64,000 bases of DNA from Rotaria socialis (GCA_905331295.1 CAJNYD010000034.1:248001-312000); one strand, 5' to 3'; positions 1-13,608 are shown, numbered from the stretch's first letter. Made by a program: numbers and translations. The notes: generated by a model from the letters alone, not told the origin.

Positions 1-359
1 AAAAGATAATATATTGAAAATAATGATTCGTTCAAATGGTCGACTAATGTAAATGAGCGTCATCTGTCTGCCACTGAAAGAGCTAGAGCAGCGTCAAGCG
101 CTGAAGAGAACTCAATGCTCAGTTAACAGTTTTTCTTTGAATCAATAAATTATCACAACTGCTATTAATTTTTATTTTCGTCAATAGTTGATTACTTTTT
201 TATATTTATTTCCTTAATACTGCCTTCGGTTCTTTCCGATTCATAGATAGCATTTAGTTTTAGTGAATCTGTGCTACGCAATCAGAATTGAACGACATTA
301 TGAAAAATACAATCTTGAAATGTTATGTGCTACGATTTAATCAAAGATCACATGCAATG

Positions 360-385
360 CCGTAGACCCTCATCAGGGTCTACGG
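360..385. repeat. GC-rich hairpin (11-bp perfect stem), possible Helitron-like 3' terminal hairpin
   Basis: ccgtagaccct-catc-agggtctacgg; no clean CTRR terminus follows. Confidence 0.4.
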
Positions 386-1395
386 TAATTGGTCGTATTA
401 TAGAATGGGTCGAAATTCTCGAAAATAAAATTGTAGAAAAGTTTTTATTAGTTTTACAGAAAAATAACTCAGAGAGATCTAGAAAATAGCTAACAATCTA
501 TTCGAAAATCAGGAGCATTCAATATGAGTATAAATATCAATATTTAACAAACTCTTCTAATTACGTATAAAGCATTACATGAGAGTCAGTGGTAGTTGCT
601 TTAAAACTTTGCTTAATGCGAATGATTTTTTTCTTATCCAGAGACCTCTGTCTGCTGCGCTACTCGCTACTCCATAATGAATATAGTTTTCATCTTATCA
701 TAATATTTCGATGAAGCTAAACAGCGAATGCCATCATTCAGTTAGTGTTTACCAGCGAGACCATCTACTTATCTATTTCATGAAGCACATCTTCATTTTT
801 TACACATACCCTCTCAGCCTCAAGCTGTGCTATGTGTGACTGAGTCACGCTTTTGTAAATTGAAGTTTTTTTGAAATAGAAAAGAATCATGCTTCTGTCA
901 AACATGCGACGAAATCTACACTGCGACTAATTGTCGTTCGGCCAATTCATCAATATGCAATCTTAAGAATAATTATACATTAGATTTTTTAATTTTGTGA
1001 AACAATGCTAAATAAATTATAAATCTGTGATCATTTCACAAAAACTTCAGTAGAGCACTTGCAAAACGTTTATTTTTACAACGCAAGTACTAAATAATTG
1101 TACTCAGATTCTAGTACAAGCACTACTCGTGGATACTCGAAATCACGAGTACTCGATGAGTGAGCACACTTTCACGTAGGCAGCGCTGTAATAAAGCATC
1201 AGTGTGATATTTCAAGTTTCACATAAGTTAAGAGAAAAAGGTTTTTTTCTTGCTTTGTTTTCGATGTATGTGGGCTGAAATTAATTCTTGACTTGAACTT
1301 TGATCCGAAGGATAAGTTAATATTTCGAAGAAGACACTTGACGGCATCTTCATTAGTATACAATCAAAACTTAAGAAATACAGATTTGTACTTTT

Positions 1396-1425
1396 CTCAC
1401 ACACACTCTCTCTCTCTCTCTCTCT
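1396..1425. repeat. (CA)n(CT)n microsatellite
   Basis: ctcacacacactctctctctctctctctct. Confidence 0.9.
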
Positions 1426-2247
1426 TTATTTTGTACATCATTAGTCTCCAGCAATAAGCAGATATTTTATAGTGTCTATTGTTTTTCTTGTCATCATTTC
1501 GATTCCTTAAAGAAATATACTTTCTCAATGTTTTTTTCCTGTATTTTCGATTGTAATGTTTCTTGTATAAAACGGCCATGTTACATATGAATGATTTAAT
1601 ATAAAAGTGAAGATACTGTTGAAATGAAATATATATTTTGACTCACTCACAAAATAAGCCATCACGTTCTTGTCGTTGGCCTCGTTGCGAATAAAATTCT
1701 AAAATTGTTTTTGATGAAAGATATTTTCGTTCTTATTATTTTTTTTGTTTTTGCTCACAGAATTTCAATTCAAAGCTCTTAATGGTATTTTATTCAAATT
1801 AGTGCAAAGAAAAAATATACCGTAAACGACTGTATTAGTTCATATCTGTTGCATTTTAGAAATAAACATATAATTGCAAGGAATAATATTATTTTTTACT
1901 GTTATGTGTAGCTAACTTTGATAAATTTGTCCAAATGATCTTCTTAAAAAAGACATGCGCACCAGTTGTGCTTTATGATAAGAAGGAAAAAGTCGTAACA
2001 TGCAAGATTTTAAAAAGTAAGAAAAAAAGTTGAAAAAAAAACAACATATATACAATAAAGATCAACAAAAAATCCAATAGATTTAAAAAGCAACAGTTCA
2101 TTATATTTGTTTTAATTTAATATTGGAATGTATGAGAAAGTGAAAAGCGAATGATGGAGCGCAACGACCATTTACAGAAACATAACGAAATACACACTGT
2201 AATAAAACAAAAGTAGAGGAACACGAGGATTTGTTTTCTGTTTAACT

Positions 2248-5200
2248 TCAGTTACGACAACAAATTGATTTTTTCGATGATTTATCTAAATCAATGCCTG
2301 TTGTATGAAAACGTTCTATGTCTTCATTGCACTGCATATCGCTATAATTAAATAGAGGAAAAAAATAATAACAGGATGATTCTTGATAACTATCTCAGCA
2401 GCTATCTTTTTAATCCAGCAATAATATTGCATACTTACCGAGCTAATTCACAGAGTGCTTCCTGCAAATTGGTGCCTTCTTTTGCACTTGTCTCAATAAA
2501 TAATGCTTTATATTCCTAAAATAAAAATATCAAAAAGGTTATATATATATATTGATTTATACGCATCTTAGAAACTAACTTTAGCTAGTCTTACTCCTTC
2601 ACTTTTTTCTATAACACGTTTTCCTTCTGCACGCATTTGATCTCTCAGGTCAATTTTATTTCCAACAATCATAACAGATACTTTTTTTGGTGTTGCATCG
2701 ATTATTGTATTAATCCATTCCCGAACATTTAGAAATGATCGTTCATATGTGGAATCATAAACTAGAATGACACCATCACATCGACGAAAGTAGGATTTTG
2801 CAATGCTACGAAACCTTTAAAAACAAAAGTTTGTTGAATTAAAGTAAAACAAGTCATTTCTAACCTTTCTTGTCCAGCTGTATCCCATAGTTGAAGAGCT
2901 ACACGTTTACTATCGACTTCAATTTGTTTATTTTGAAAATCAACGCCTAATGTTGAATTAATATTTGATACGAATTGTCCCTTGCATAAACGTACGATTA
3001 ATGTACTTTTTCCCACAGCAGCATCTCCACAAAAGACAACTTTGAACATACGACTAGAAAGAAAAGGATATTGAAAAAGAAAAAACACGCAAGTCTATTA
3101 TTTACTCGAATGGTACATCTTGTTGAGTACCATGCTCAGCATTGAACTGTGTTGTAGGTAACTGAGTGATTGCTGGTGGAGGATTGGGCGGCTGTTTTGA
3201 TGTGCCACGTGCATTGTTATTTGGTCGCTTCAATGATCGCTGTTGAGGCAATCTTTTAGGAAGATTGCAATCAAGTGATACCTATTAAGATGCATGCATC
3301 AATACTTTTACTTTGTTTATGCAAGTCACTTGTTAGAGAATAAGTTTGTGCAGATAACCTTATTTTGTCTTTAGCACTCTTCTAGAATTGATTCATTGTC
3401 AAGATTGGATGTTCAACTCGCTTTAAGAATAAATATTTAGGTATTCTCGAACGGAGTAAAACAGTATCAAAAAAGACATGCGTGATTTTGAAAAATTCAA
3501 GGTCATGCATAATAAACTGTGCTCATTTATAACAACGTTGTCCTAGTGCCGTAGAATATTGAAGAGATTTAAAAGAAAAACTTTTATCGAAAGACTTATA
3601 CGTGCTTTAACCCTGATTATCGTAATATAAGAGTTAGCAATGAATAACTCTATTAGACTTCATAGATTACGGGGTTATTTCCTTCTAAAGATTTGCAAAA
3701 TAAATTTATAAAAAAGAAGAATTCTTTTATACCTCAGTAAAAACATCATCTGAATCTGACTCTGTATCATCGCGATTATTTTTATTAATCATTGGTCGAT
3801 GTTGTTTCAAATTCTTTGTTGATATCTGTTTGTTTGTGTTTGATTCACGATCAGATTCTAATTCAGTTGCATCACGTAATGTTGTCATCGACAGTCCACT
3901 GTCTATATCAAATTTATAAAAACAAAAAAATAATTTAATAAATATATTGGCATAGATTCTATGAGACTAAAGCTGATGTTAAAACTGATCACATAAGAAA
4001 AGCTCGTTAGATTTTTGTTTTTAATTAAATACATATAAGATTTACGAATTTGTTATACATGTCAAAAACATGATCACATGAAAACAAACCATTCATAGCA
4101 TTGTATTCATCGGCACTACGAGAAAGATTAGAAACTGGTGCCAATGGTACTATTTTGTTTGATGAGTCCTTAACAGCTAGTTTTTGAACCGGTCTAAGCC
4201 CACTACCATGTATACCTATTTCATCAGTTGATTCGATGTCAAATGCGTCGAACCTGCGTTGATTTTTACTCATTATATACGACGGCGATGGGCTGTATAA
4301 AAATAATAGATAACAACTTTTGTTTTTCTGGTTAAATATCGAATTATGTACCTGTCTAGTTTTGAATTATGCCAATAAGAACCTAGTGTAGACCCAGCTG
4401 GAGAATATAATTGATGTGGTGATGGAAAACCCTAATGATAACTCTGAATAAATTTTTACAATTAAGTTTTATTTTCATTTACATTTGTAGGAGTGGCACT
4501 TAATTTATTTGATTTATTCAATTCAATAACTGCACGTAATGAGTCATTTTCATCACGAAGTTGTTTATTAACTTCCCTGTTAAAATCGGAAAAAAGGGTT
4601 ATTTATATTCGATATTCGTTTGTATTTATTTTTATATTTTTGATTACGTACACAAGATGACGAACATTTGTCTGTAATGACTCTTTGTCTCGATAGTTAC
4701 TTGATGATGATTGTTTCTCACTACAATAGAAGAAATAATCTCAGCAATAAATAGTCTTTTCGTCATACTGTAAAAGCATTGTTTGTCCTTCACTTAATTG
4801 AGTTTTATATGATTGTAAATCACTTTGTAAAATAGCATTTGTTGTTAAAGTTTCATTTAAAGATGCATTAAGCAATAGATTTTCTTCGTTTAATTTTGCA
4901 ATTTCTTCACGTAATGAATTTATTGAAAAATCTTCTTCATTCTTACGATTACTATGAACTTGTTCAATCTAATCTCATGAAATAAGAGAATAAAAAGTAG
5001 CTAGATAGTGTTGTTAGCATAAAAAACAAAAATAAGAATATCTACATACAGTTCGAAATCGTTGGATACTTAGTTGTAAATCATTAATTTCTTTTGTTAA
5101 TCGTTGTTGAATTAAATCACGGTCGAGTTCAAATTTCTGACGTTCCTTTTTAATGAAAAGAAGAGAAATTTTGCAAACAACTTTTGGAATAGTTTTAATT

Positions 5201-6397
5201 TTAATTTTACTTCTTGTCGAATTTTTTCTTCTAATTCACTCATATCTCGTTCTTGATCTTCTTCAATTTGTCTTAAATATTTCTCATTGGTATCTTTTTC
5301 ACTGAAAATATTCGAAGAAAAGAAAATCATTTCAAAACAAAAGCCTACAACATAACACTACATTATTCATACCGCTTAAATGAATCTTCCAATCGTTTTA
5401 TTTCTTTACGATATTTAAGAATATCACAAACAATAACTTCAAGCACCGATTGAAATTGTTCAACAGCACCATCTGAACTATTTCGAAGTGTTTCATAAAA
5501 ATCATAGATTTGTTCCTGACTATAAAACAAAAACAAATCATATTTTTATGTTCATCTAGTTTTTATAAAAAAAAATCCTATTAGTTTATTATTATTATTC
5601 TTCACTTTTTTCAAAGTCACATTGCTTTGTCATAAACAAAAATGTTGTTTTGTATCTATCAATTTATCTCATGTCCTTCGAATTAGTAAATATTTTGACA
5701 AAAATCAAATAGTGCAACACTTTTATGAATGCACAATCTATCATACATACTTGGAAAATATATCATCATCAGGACCTTTATCATTAATCTTGTTCATGGT
5801 ATAATTAATGTAATGTTCTCTTTTTATTAGACTCTGCACACACGTTCTATTGAAAAATATAATAACTAGGATCGTTTGCCTCGTAGCATTTTCGATATAG
5901 TCATTTTCATTATAGTTGTTTTTCTCTTCGTTCTGTTTTTTTTCCCCTCTTCTTTCTCTTAATTATATGCATAATACTGTACATAAATATATCAAAACAA
6001 CAACATGCTCTTATCAACAAACAGTGACTTGACTTTTTTCTTTTATGCTAACGACGAAAACGAAAGGGGGGAGGGGGAGGACTGATTTAAAATGATTGTA
6101 TATCGAAAAGAACGGGAAAAAAAAACAGTTATCAATATGATGTAGGTGTCAATATACTTGATATTAATCATCCATATCGCCCACATGAATATCGATACTA
6201 CCTATGTATTTCAATGGATTCGTTTTTTCCAATGAAAAATAATGTCTTCAAAACAATGTTCTATCATATTTTTCCTACCATGATAGATTATTGAACACAT
6301 CATTGATTTGTTCGTGTGTCAGGCTTTCTTCTGTATTACGTTGATGATCAATGACATCATGTTGGTATAGTTTTCGAGAATAATTATTTGATGCCAT
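2248..6397 (-). CDS. RASEF: RASEF/Rab45-like large Rab GTPase (coiled-coil + C-terminal Rab domain), multi-exon
   Basis: Rab motifs [25 protein letters not shown] across exons 2438-3055; C-terminal prenylation end SICCRN-stop at 2248; coiled-coil exons 4500-5520 (QEQIYDFYE...[18 protein letters not shown]); first coding exon 6279-6397. Confidence 0.8.
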
Positions 6398-7097
6398 CAG
6401 TTTCTGCAAACACATAAAATTATAATCATGATCAAAATATTTTGATTAAAATAGTCTATCGATTTTTGATTATCATAAATACTGTCAAATTTCTTCAAAA
6501 TTTGAAGTACAGATGCAACTATTTCTATCATTATCGACTCTTTTGAAAAAATGCTTTTATGGAATTATTATCGCTTACTATTAAGTATACAGATCACACT
6601 CGTTTGAATAATTGCTTCATATTAACACTACTATTTTTCGACTTTTTTTGTCAGTTAATGTCAACAACAGCTTTGAGTAGTTGCACCAGCTGGTTTTCAT
6701 ACTCTGCAAAAGAACAACATCGACAAAATCAGTATATAAATAAATACCGATTATTGATATCGATAGTTTATGAGTGGCTAAAGAACAAGTGACACTTTTT
6801 TTCTATACAATTCTGATTATATTCGGTACTAAATCTCAGTAAAATCTTATATATATACAAGAAAAATACCTGGTCCTAAATCAAGCTTGATTTATAATGG
6901 GAGTGAGAAACAGAACGTTGCTCTTGACAAGTATTGTAGAATATCAGGCATTAATCTTTATTGGTTAGGTATTAGCATTTATCTTAAGTAACATATGCAC
7001 ACAAGAAAAACATTGATGAGGTATATTTATCAAATATTCTTAATTCTTATCAAAGAAGTTTTCATAAAGTTAGGTTAAAAACAAATCTTTTTTATTG

Positions 7098-7655
7098 TTA
7101 ATCAGTATAAACTATAAATGCAGTTGCTGTAGCAACCATATCATAACCGATTTTAGCTTGTACAGTTATTGATCCATCGGTATCTTGATTCCATAAACAT
7201 CGTGATACAATGGCCATTGATTGATGTGTTAGTCGATTAGGTACCGTTTGTACGACCGAGATCATTATAATAATTTTGTATCGTACAGAATTCAGATATT
7301 CCAATTTTAAAATTCGACGTAATTGTATAACTAAATCACGACTAATATCGGATGATAATTTTGAATTGTATTTAGCATGTTTAGAAATTCTAGCACAACG
7401 ACGATTGAGTTCGGATTCAAGGAGTTTTTGTGCGCGTACAAAATCGTATTTTTTCGTAGGACCAAGAGAATAAGCTAATGAACGAGGACTTTGACTAGCA
7501 ACAGTTCCCTCAGAATTTACAATGGCTGGTGGAATCAAATGTTTACTCAATAATGGTAGAGCTAAGTTAGTAGATAATGGCGAGTCGTTTGGTGGTTTTG
7601 CTATAGACCAAGCTTTTTCAAGTATGCTTCGAGCTATTAAACGTTTTGTTTCCAT
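7098..7655 (-). CDS. Tctex1-domain (dynein light chain family) protein, single exon
   Basis: RYKIIIMISV...IVSRCLWNQDTDGSITV...ATAFIVYTD is the Tctex1 C-terminal signature; ATG at 7655. Confidence 0.85.
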   Translation of the reverse strand: METKRLIARSILEKAWSIAKPPNDSPLSTNLALPLLSKHLIPPAIVNSEGTVASQSPRSLAYSLGPTKKYDFVRAQKLLESELNRRCARISKHAKYNSKLSSDISRDLVIQLRRILKLEYLNSVRYKIIIMISVVQTVPNRLTHQSMAIVSRCLWNQDTDGSITVQAKIGYDMVATATAFIVYTD

Positions 7656-8181
7656 CACAATTCTTATTTTGTACTATTTTGTCGATGCTTTCTAGGAAAA
7701 CATGCCTTTATATATCGATAGCAAGGCATAATTCCTCTTTTATTCAAATTGAACATGCAAGTAACAAAACTATTACACGGCTGTGTTTGCCAATCAATCT
7801 TATTTCTTTGTATTACGCTAACGGTCTTTCATTTTACAAGAAATTGGACCACCTGAATACGTTTTTTTTTCTTCTTTCTTCTTCATTGCTCAACTATTGT
7901 TGTTATGCAGCACCATCTCAAACAACAGAAAAAGACGAGAAGAAGAAAAAAGAAAGAATGAACGAACTGAATATACACAGATAAAAGAAGAGAAAAAAAA
8001 GTGTGTACCGTTGAAAGAAACTAAATGGTTGACTAGTAGGACAAGAACGTCAGCGTACAACGTCGGTGTAAAAGAAAAAGAAAAGTCAGATAAAAACTCG
8101 ATAATAGTATGTATCACAGAATTCCTTGACAACGAGAAATTTTTTTCTTTTTTTTATCACCGAAGAGAAAACTCCATTGAA

Positions 8182-10773
8182 ATGCCCTCATTACATCAAC
8201 AATCACATGTCATTGAACTAGAAACAGCAAAGATGACTGTATCACCAGAAATAGATTGGAGAAAACGCTATGAGCAATTGCAATTTGAACATCAACTTGA
8301 AATCGAACGTATTCGTCTTCATTATGATCATGAACTTAAAGAAAAACTAACCGGTTAAAAAAGCATTAAACAGAAAAAGATAATGATGTATAATAATAAA
8401 TATTATTCTATGTATATTTAGAAATTCGCATGCGTTTAAAACATGAATATGATCGTCATTTTGCTGAATTTCGAGCTCGACTATTAGAGCAACAGCAAGT
8501 ACATAATGTTAGTTCACATAGTTTAAATCTTGATCAAAGTCTTGGTGAAAAAATTCTTGAACAAGTTCGTATTGCTGAAGAATATGATCGTTTGGAAGAT
8601 GAGAAATGTCGACAGTTGCTATCACAACAGCCAACTGATAGCGATGAACTAAAACCATTGGTCAATAAATTACATACCGAAGGTAAGCATCTTACACATA
8701 GATATTATATAAAACGAAAAAAAAAGATAATTTATACTTTTAAATTTCAATGGGACTACTTAAAAATGTTGTTCTTAATTTGTGAACAATGCAAAAGAAA
8801 ACTTTATAGCACTCTCAAGAGTATTCTTTTGTATTCAACAAATCAAAAGAATAAACAGAATTGAGACAGATTTTTCTTTGTTTATTTGATGAATCTATTA
8901 CAAATCTACTAATCATATATTTTATTTACTACCGATAGAAATTTTAGTTGAAGGATGTAACTAAATTGTGTAGATAAAAAATTTGTACGATTCCTTCAAC
9001 CAATGAAGTCATATAAAATCCAGCAAAAACAACTTGACACATATGTTAATTATTTACAACGATATACGTAATCTATAAAATGAGACGTTCTTAATTTGAG
9101 TAACGCATATCATTGAATTCAATAGCTTTCATGAAATACTTGGATTTTTAAATCAAAAATTTTCTATACATTTTTCACTTTTAATTGTGTATCATTTAAT
9201 AAAATGATGAAATAGTAGTAGTCGTAGTAGTAGTAGTAGTAGTAGTAGTTATCTAGAAGACAAATAATTTCTGCTCGTTAAAAAACGAAATAGTATTCTT
9301 TATTAACAAAGTATCTATAGTGACGAATTGAAATAAGATATTGAAAAAAGAAAAGCAAAATGACTACGATTGTTGTATTAGCAAATCAAATGTTTTTTTT
9401 TATTCAAGAAACAAATTTTTATTAGTTTTCATTTGAATAAATTCTTCTAATGATCTTTTAACCTAATTTTTTTAATCAAAACATATTATTATAATGAACT
9501 TCTAATTGAACAATCGAAAATTTTGTATTTGAATTACTTTAATTAATAATAGCTGTTTTTGTTTTTGTTATAACTATTCGGATGTAGATTTCAGTACGCA
9601 CATATATTTTATCTACGTAGAAGACAAATAGCCTATGGCGTATTATTCTTAGTAGAAAAAAAAGTTCACTGATTTTTCAATTATCTAAACACAAATGTTG
9701 AGACTCAATGGAGTAGAGTATGTCATTCTCTTCTAATGTATCTTCAGACTTTACTTGCAGGTCATTTCAAAAGATTTTAAAATAGTAATGTCAAGGAATC
9801 ATGCTTTCTTGTTCAATTGAAAACAGTCGAATCCAAAATGAATGATATTTTCTGATGATTTCATTTGTTGTAGAAATTAAACTTTTTTTTTTGGTCGGTT
9901 TACATGACAAATTTTTAAACATTTTGTATTTTCAACAAGAGTAGTTGGTCTTTCAATTCGATTCATAAAGCATCGGAGAAAATTAAAAGTTTTCTTATTT
10001 ATTTTTCGATTTTAGGTATACATGTTTTAACATTAAGTGAACTTTTATCATTAAAAATAAATGGTATTAATATTGGTACGACAGATGCGTCGATAGGTTC
10101 GATACAAAAATTAAATGAAGAAAATTCTTATCTTCGTTCATTAATTGCAAATATGAACGCTAATGATAGTGGAGATGCATTAATAAAATGTCTTGCAGAA
10201 ATATTTCGATGTGAACAAGAACGCCGTTCAATTGAAATACGTAATCATAAAAAATATGACCAATTAGAACAAGATATTCAGAATATGTGCGAATATCAAC
10301 GTGATGCATTAGGAAAATTATTATCACAAGATCGTGTTCTATTGATCAAAGAACTTGAAGAAACAAAAGAACAAGTACATTATTTAAAAGATAAATTTGA
10401 TCAAATCAAAAAAACTCAAAATCAATCAACTATCCTTAATTCTCATAATTTAAATAAGTTTTATTTTAAATATTTACGTTGTGAAGCTTATCGTAAAGCA
10501 TTAATTTATCAAAAACGCTATTTACTTATTTTACTAACTGGTTATGAAGATACTGAAACATATGCCTTAAGAGAAATCAAACGTTTAACAGGAAATATGA
10601 AATCAAGTGTTTATGATTACCATCAGATAAAATCAATATCTAAACAAAAATATCATCGACGTGCATTCAACTATCGGTTTCGTTTTCGATGCTATGTTAC
10701 AGTTGTTATTGGAATGATTCGAATGCGTTGGCTTGTGAAAAAATGGGCACGAAAATTAACATCTATTCAATGA
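8182..10773 (+). CDS. Short pericentrin/AKAP9-like coiled-coil protein with C-terminal PACT domain (exons 8182-8353, 8422-8682, 10016-10773; ~396 aa)
   Basis: PACT signature YFKYLRCEAYRKALIYQKRYLL and RFRCYVTVVIGMIRMRWLVKKW; EG|IHVLTLSE junction splices in phase. Confidence 0.85.
9212..9249. repeat. (AGT)n microsatellite in intron
   Basis: tagtagtagtcgtagtagtagtagt... Confidence 0.9.
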
Positions 10774-11347
10774 ATATTTTTCTTTCTTTCTTTCTTCTTT
10801 TGTTTTTGAAAATGTTTTTTTGCTTTTTCTTTTGTAAATTTTATCAATGTAAATCTATAGATGTTAATTGTAGAGAGATAGAAATAAAATACACAACTAT
10901 CTCATCAAGAATAAAAATCAATAAATGTAATATTATCTGACCCCGAACTGAATGCCACCATGTCTGACAATGGTTGACATTTATTTGTGTTTTTTTTTGT
11001 GGTATAGTGCAGCTATGGTTATGCATTCCTCATATTGAAGGTTAAATTAATGCCTCGAAAGAAACGCATTTTGTGGCTTCTATCTTAACAATGGCCAAAT
11101 GACTTCAATACAATGATAGCGCACATGCCTATTTAGTATCACGAACAAACAACATGAATTCGTTTTCTCTTGTTCTCTCTCATTGATTGGAGAAAAATAA
11201 ATAACTTAGATAAGAAGGGTATTATCACTCGTTCCGCACACTCGACATTTATCAATTCATTTTTTTTACCATCAACGATTACTATATAGATTACAGTTTT
11301 CATACATTCTTGCCTCTTATTTCAATTTTTTTCTTCGTTTTTCAATC

Positions 11348-12080
11348 ATGGCTCGTCTTCTTTTGCAATTGTTGGCTTTACAATTCATTTTTATTGCAAC
11401 AGTCTTCGGTCTGTTTGGATCATCGAATAAACTCAAAGGAGCAACTAAATATCAACTTCAACAAAAAGTTCTTACACTTGGTTCATCATATACCATCAAA
11501 GATGATCATGATAAACCAGTTTATAAAGTAGAATTATTTAGTTGATTTGTAAAATAATTTTACATAAAATTTTTTTTAGGTTGGATTTAAACAATTAGGC
11601 GTAGGTAAACATCTTCAACTCACTGATGTCTCTGGTGCTCAAGAATTTTATTCTAGTAAGTTATTCAACAAAAGAGCTCGTGTTTATTAATTGTTATTTT
11701 GATTTCCTTAAGTTAAACACGTTCTCAATCCACTTGGTCTTGCCAAATATGAAATTCGTAGTCATAATCAAGTAGTAGCTGAAGTAAAGTAAGTGTCTTT
11801 GCAGTTGAATATTAAATAATAAGAATGAATTTTTAGTCGTAAAATAAATCTTATTGGTGGTAAAAAATTTTCAGTTAAATCAAAACATGGTACATTTAAA
11901 ATCGAAGGCAATTTTCGATCACGTGAATTTAAAATTAAAAATGGTCATCATCTTGTTGCCACTGTTTCAAAGAAATTCTTTGCTATTGGTGATAAATATG
12001 GTGTTCAAATTGAACAAGGTCAAGATGTACCATTTATTTTAAGTTTGGCCATTGTCATTGATGAAGTAGCTCATGGATAA
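11348..12080 (+). CDS. LURP-one-related / scramblase-like (tubby C-terminal-like fold) protein with N-terminal signal peptide; 4 exons
   Basis: Exons 11348-11527, 11580-11655, 11713-11788, 11837-12080 splice in frame: YQLQQKVLTLGSSYTIKD...VYKV...FKIEGNFRSREFKI...VATVSKKFFAIGDKYGVQIEQGQDVPFILSLAIVIDEVAHG. Confidence 0.8.
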
Positions 12081-13317
12081 AAATCAGTTCTCTTTTTTTT
12101 CTTCAATGAACTATGTCTTTCTTTATCGCTATCGTACTCTTTTTATCTAATGTAGTTTATCTTCTTTTCTTTTCAATGATTATCAATATATATGAAAGAT
12201 ATTCATTGCATTAAACATAATTGAAAATCTTGTGAAAAATAAAAAATTCTAAATTGTTATATTTTTTCTAGGTACATGATATACGATAAAGCTCACAAAG
12301 GAAAAAAACATTGTGATTTAAGAAAAATGTTTTATCACTTTGATACCATAATTTAACCTCTGTACTCACTACTCTGTTGGTTTTCTTTACTTTTGTTTTT
12401 CACTATTGAAACACTTTGTGTAGAGCATATGATTTGTCAAAGTGACAAGTAATTCAACAAAATTCAGTATCATGTATTGTTTTGGTAGAAAATATGATAT
12501 TCGACCTTTCAAGGATATTTAAAATAGAGCATAAATTGATTACAGATTTCAAACGATTACTATGAACTCGTAGAATTATATGAACATTTTAAAGTATAAG
12601 CTGAAAATTTTAGATCATCTATAATTATCAATCTTTTGTATTAATTGCAAAATAATTTCCATTCAAAAACCGAATCTTTCTATTGTAGACACACACACAC
12701 ACGCGTCATTGTTCATTAGTAGCAATTATCTATTGCAGAATATCAACAATCAAGAAGCTAGTTGAAAGAGATTTTCTAAAAATTAATTTTTTCGCTTTTA
12801 TAAACTATATCTCATTAAATGCGCATCAGTCGATTTGAAAATTCGCTAGCATAAGTATATAAATCAACAGCCAATTAGCTTCATAGAATTGATATACCAT
12901 AAATCTATGTTTTGTAAGAGTTTTTAATTGAAGAACCTTATCGTTTATTGAGATAAAACTTTTATAATTACAATTTTTCATGAATTGTATTTGGTTTACT
13001 CAATTTTTCGATATGTATTCGAATGGAAAATACAACATAGCGAAAATTAAAAAAAACACTATTAATTAGATTTCTCTATGATTCAGATATTTCTATTGAT
13101 TTCAATATTTCAAAAACAAGGAAAAGTAACTTGTTTTCTTTTCTCATATTGACATGTCACACAATACATTGCCTAAGGTTTTCTTAAATTTCTTTTCCAA
13201 TGAATCAATAGTTACAAATAGTATTTAGATTTCATACAAAGAGATAATCATCTGACGAGAATAATAACAGTAAAGAACAAAAGAAAAAGAAATCACAATG
13301 GACAAAAAAATACAGAG

Positions 13318-13608
13318 TTATGTTTTCGCGAGCGGTAATGCATCTGCTCGAATTCTAGAAAAGTCAATATTTTTATCAACTTCTTCATCGATTTCACCAA
13401 TTAATGCAACATTATCACCTCGAATTATATAGAGACCAAGAAGAACTTGTTCAACACCATCTGTAGATGAAAATACACGTTCATGACTATCATCTAAAAT
13501 AATGTTTATTGCTTGGTCAAATCCACGCAATGTTCCAATAATGATTCGACCATCGGCTGTGACAACATTCACTGATTTATTAACGTAAGCATCGAGTACT
13601 TGTGCCAT
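13318..13608 (-). CDS. LSM8: U6 snRNA-associated Sm-like protein LSm8, intronless CDS
   Basis: VNVVTADGRIIIGTLRGFDQAINIILDDSHERVFS...LGLYIIRGDNVALIGEIDEE, 96 aa. Confidence 0.97.
   Translation of the reverse strand: MAQVLDAYVNKSVNVVTADGRIIIGTLRGFDQAINIILDDSHERVFSSTDGVEQVLLGLYIIRGDNVALIGEIDEEVDKNIDFSRIRADALPLAKT

Noticed and set aside
3283..3732. Cassette or poison exons inside a RASEF intron
   Set aside because: Splice-like signals exist, but the candidates contain stops and the flanking exons already join in phase 0; needs RNA data.
6484..6552. EF-hand-like string FFKRVDNDRNSCICTSNFEE upstream of RASEF on the minus strand
   Set aside because: Bounded by stops in that frame, lacks the loop Gly and terminal Glu, and has no in-phase splice sites.
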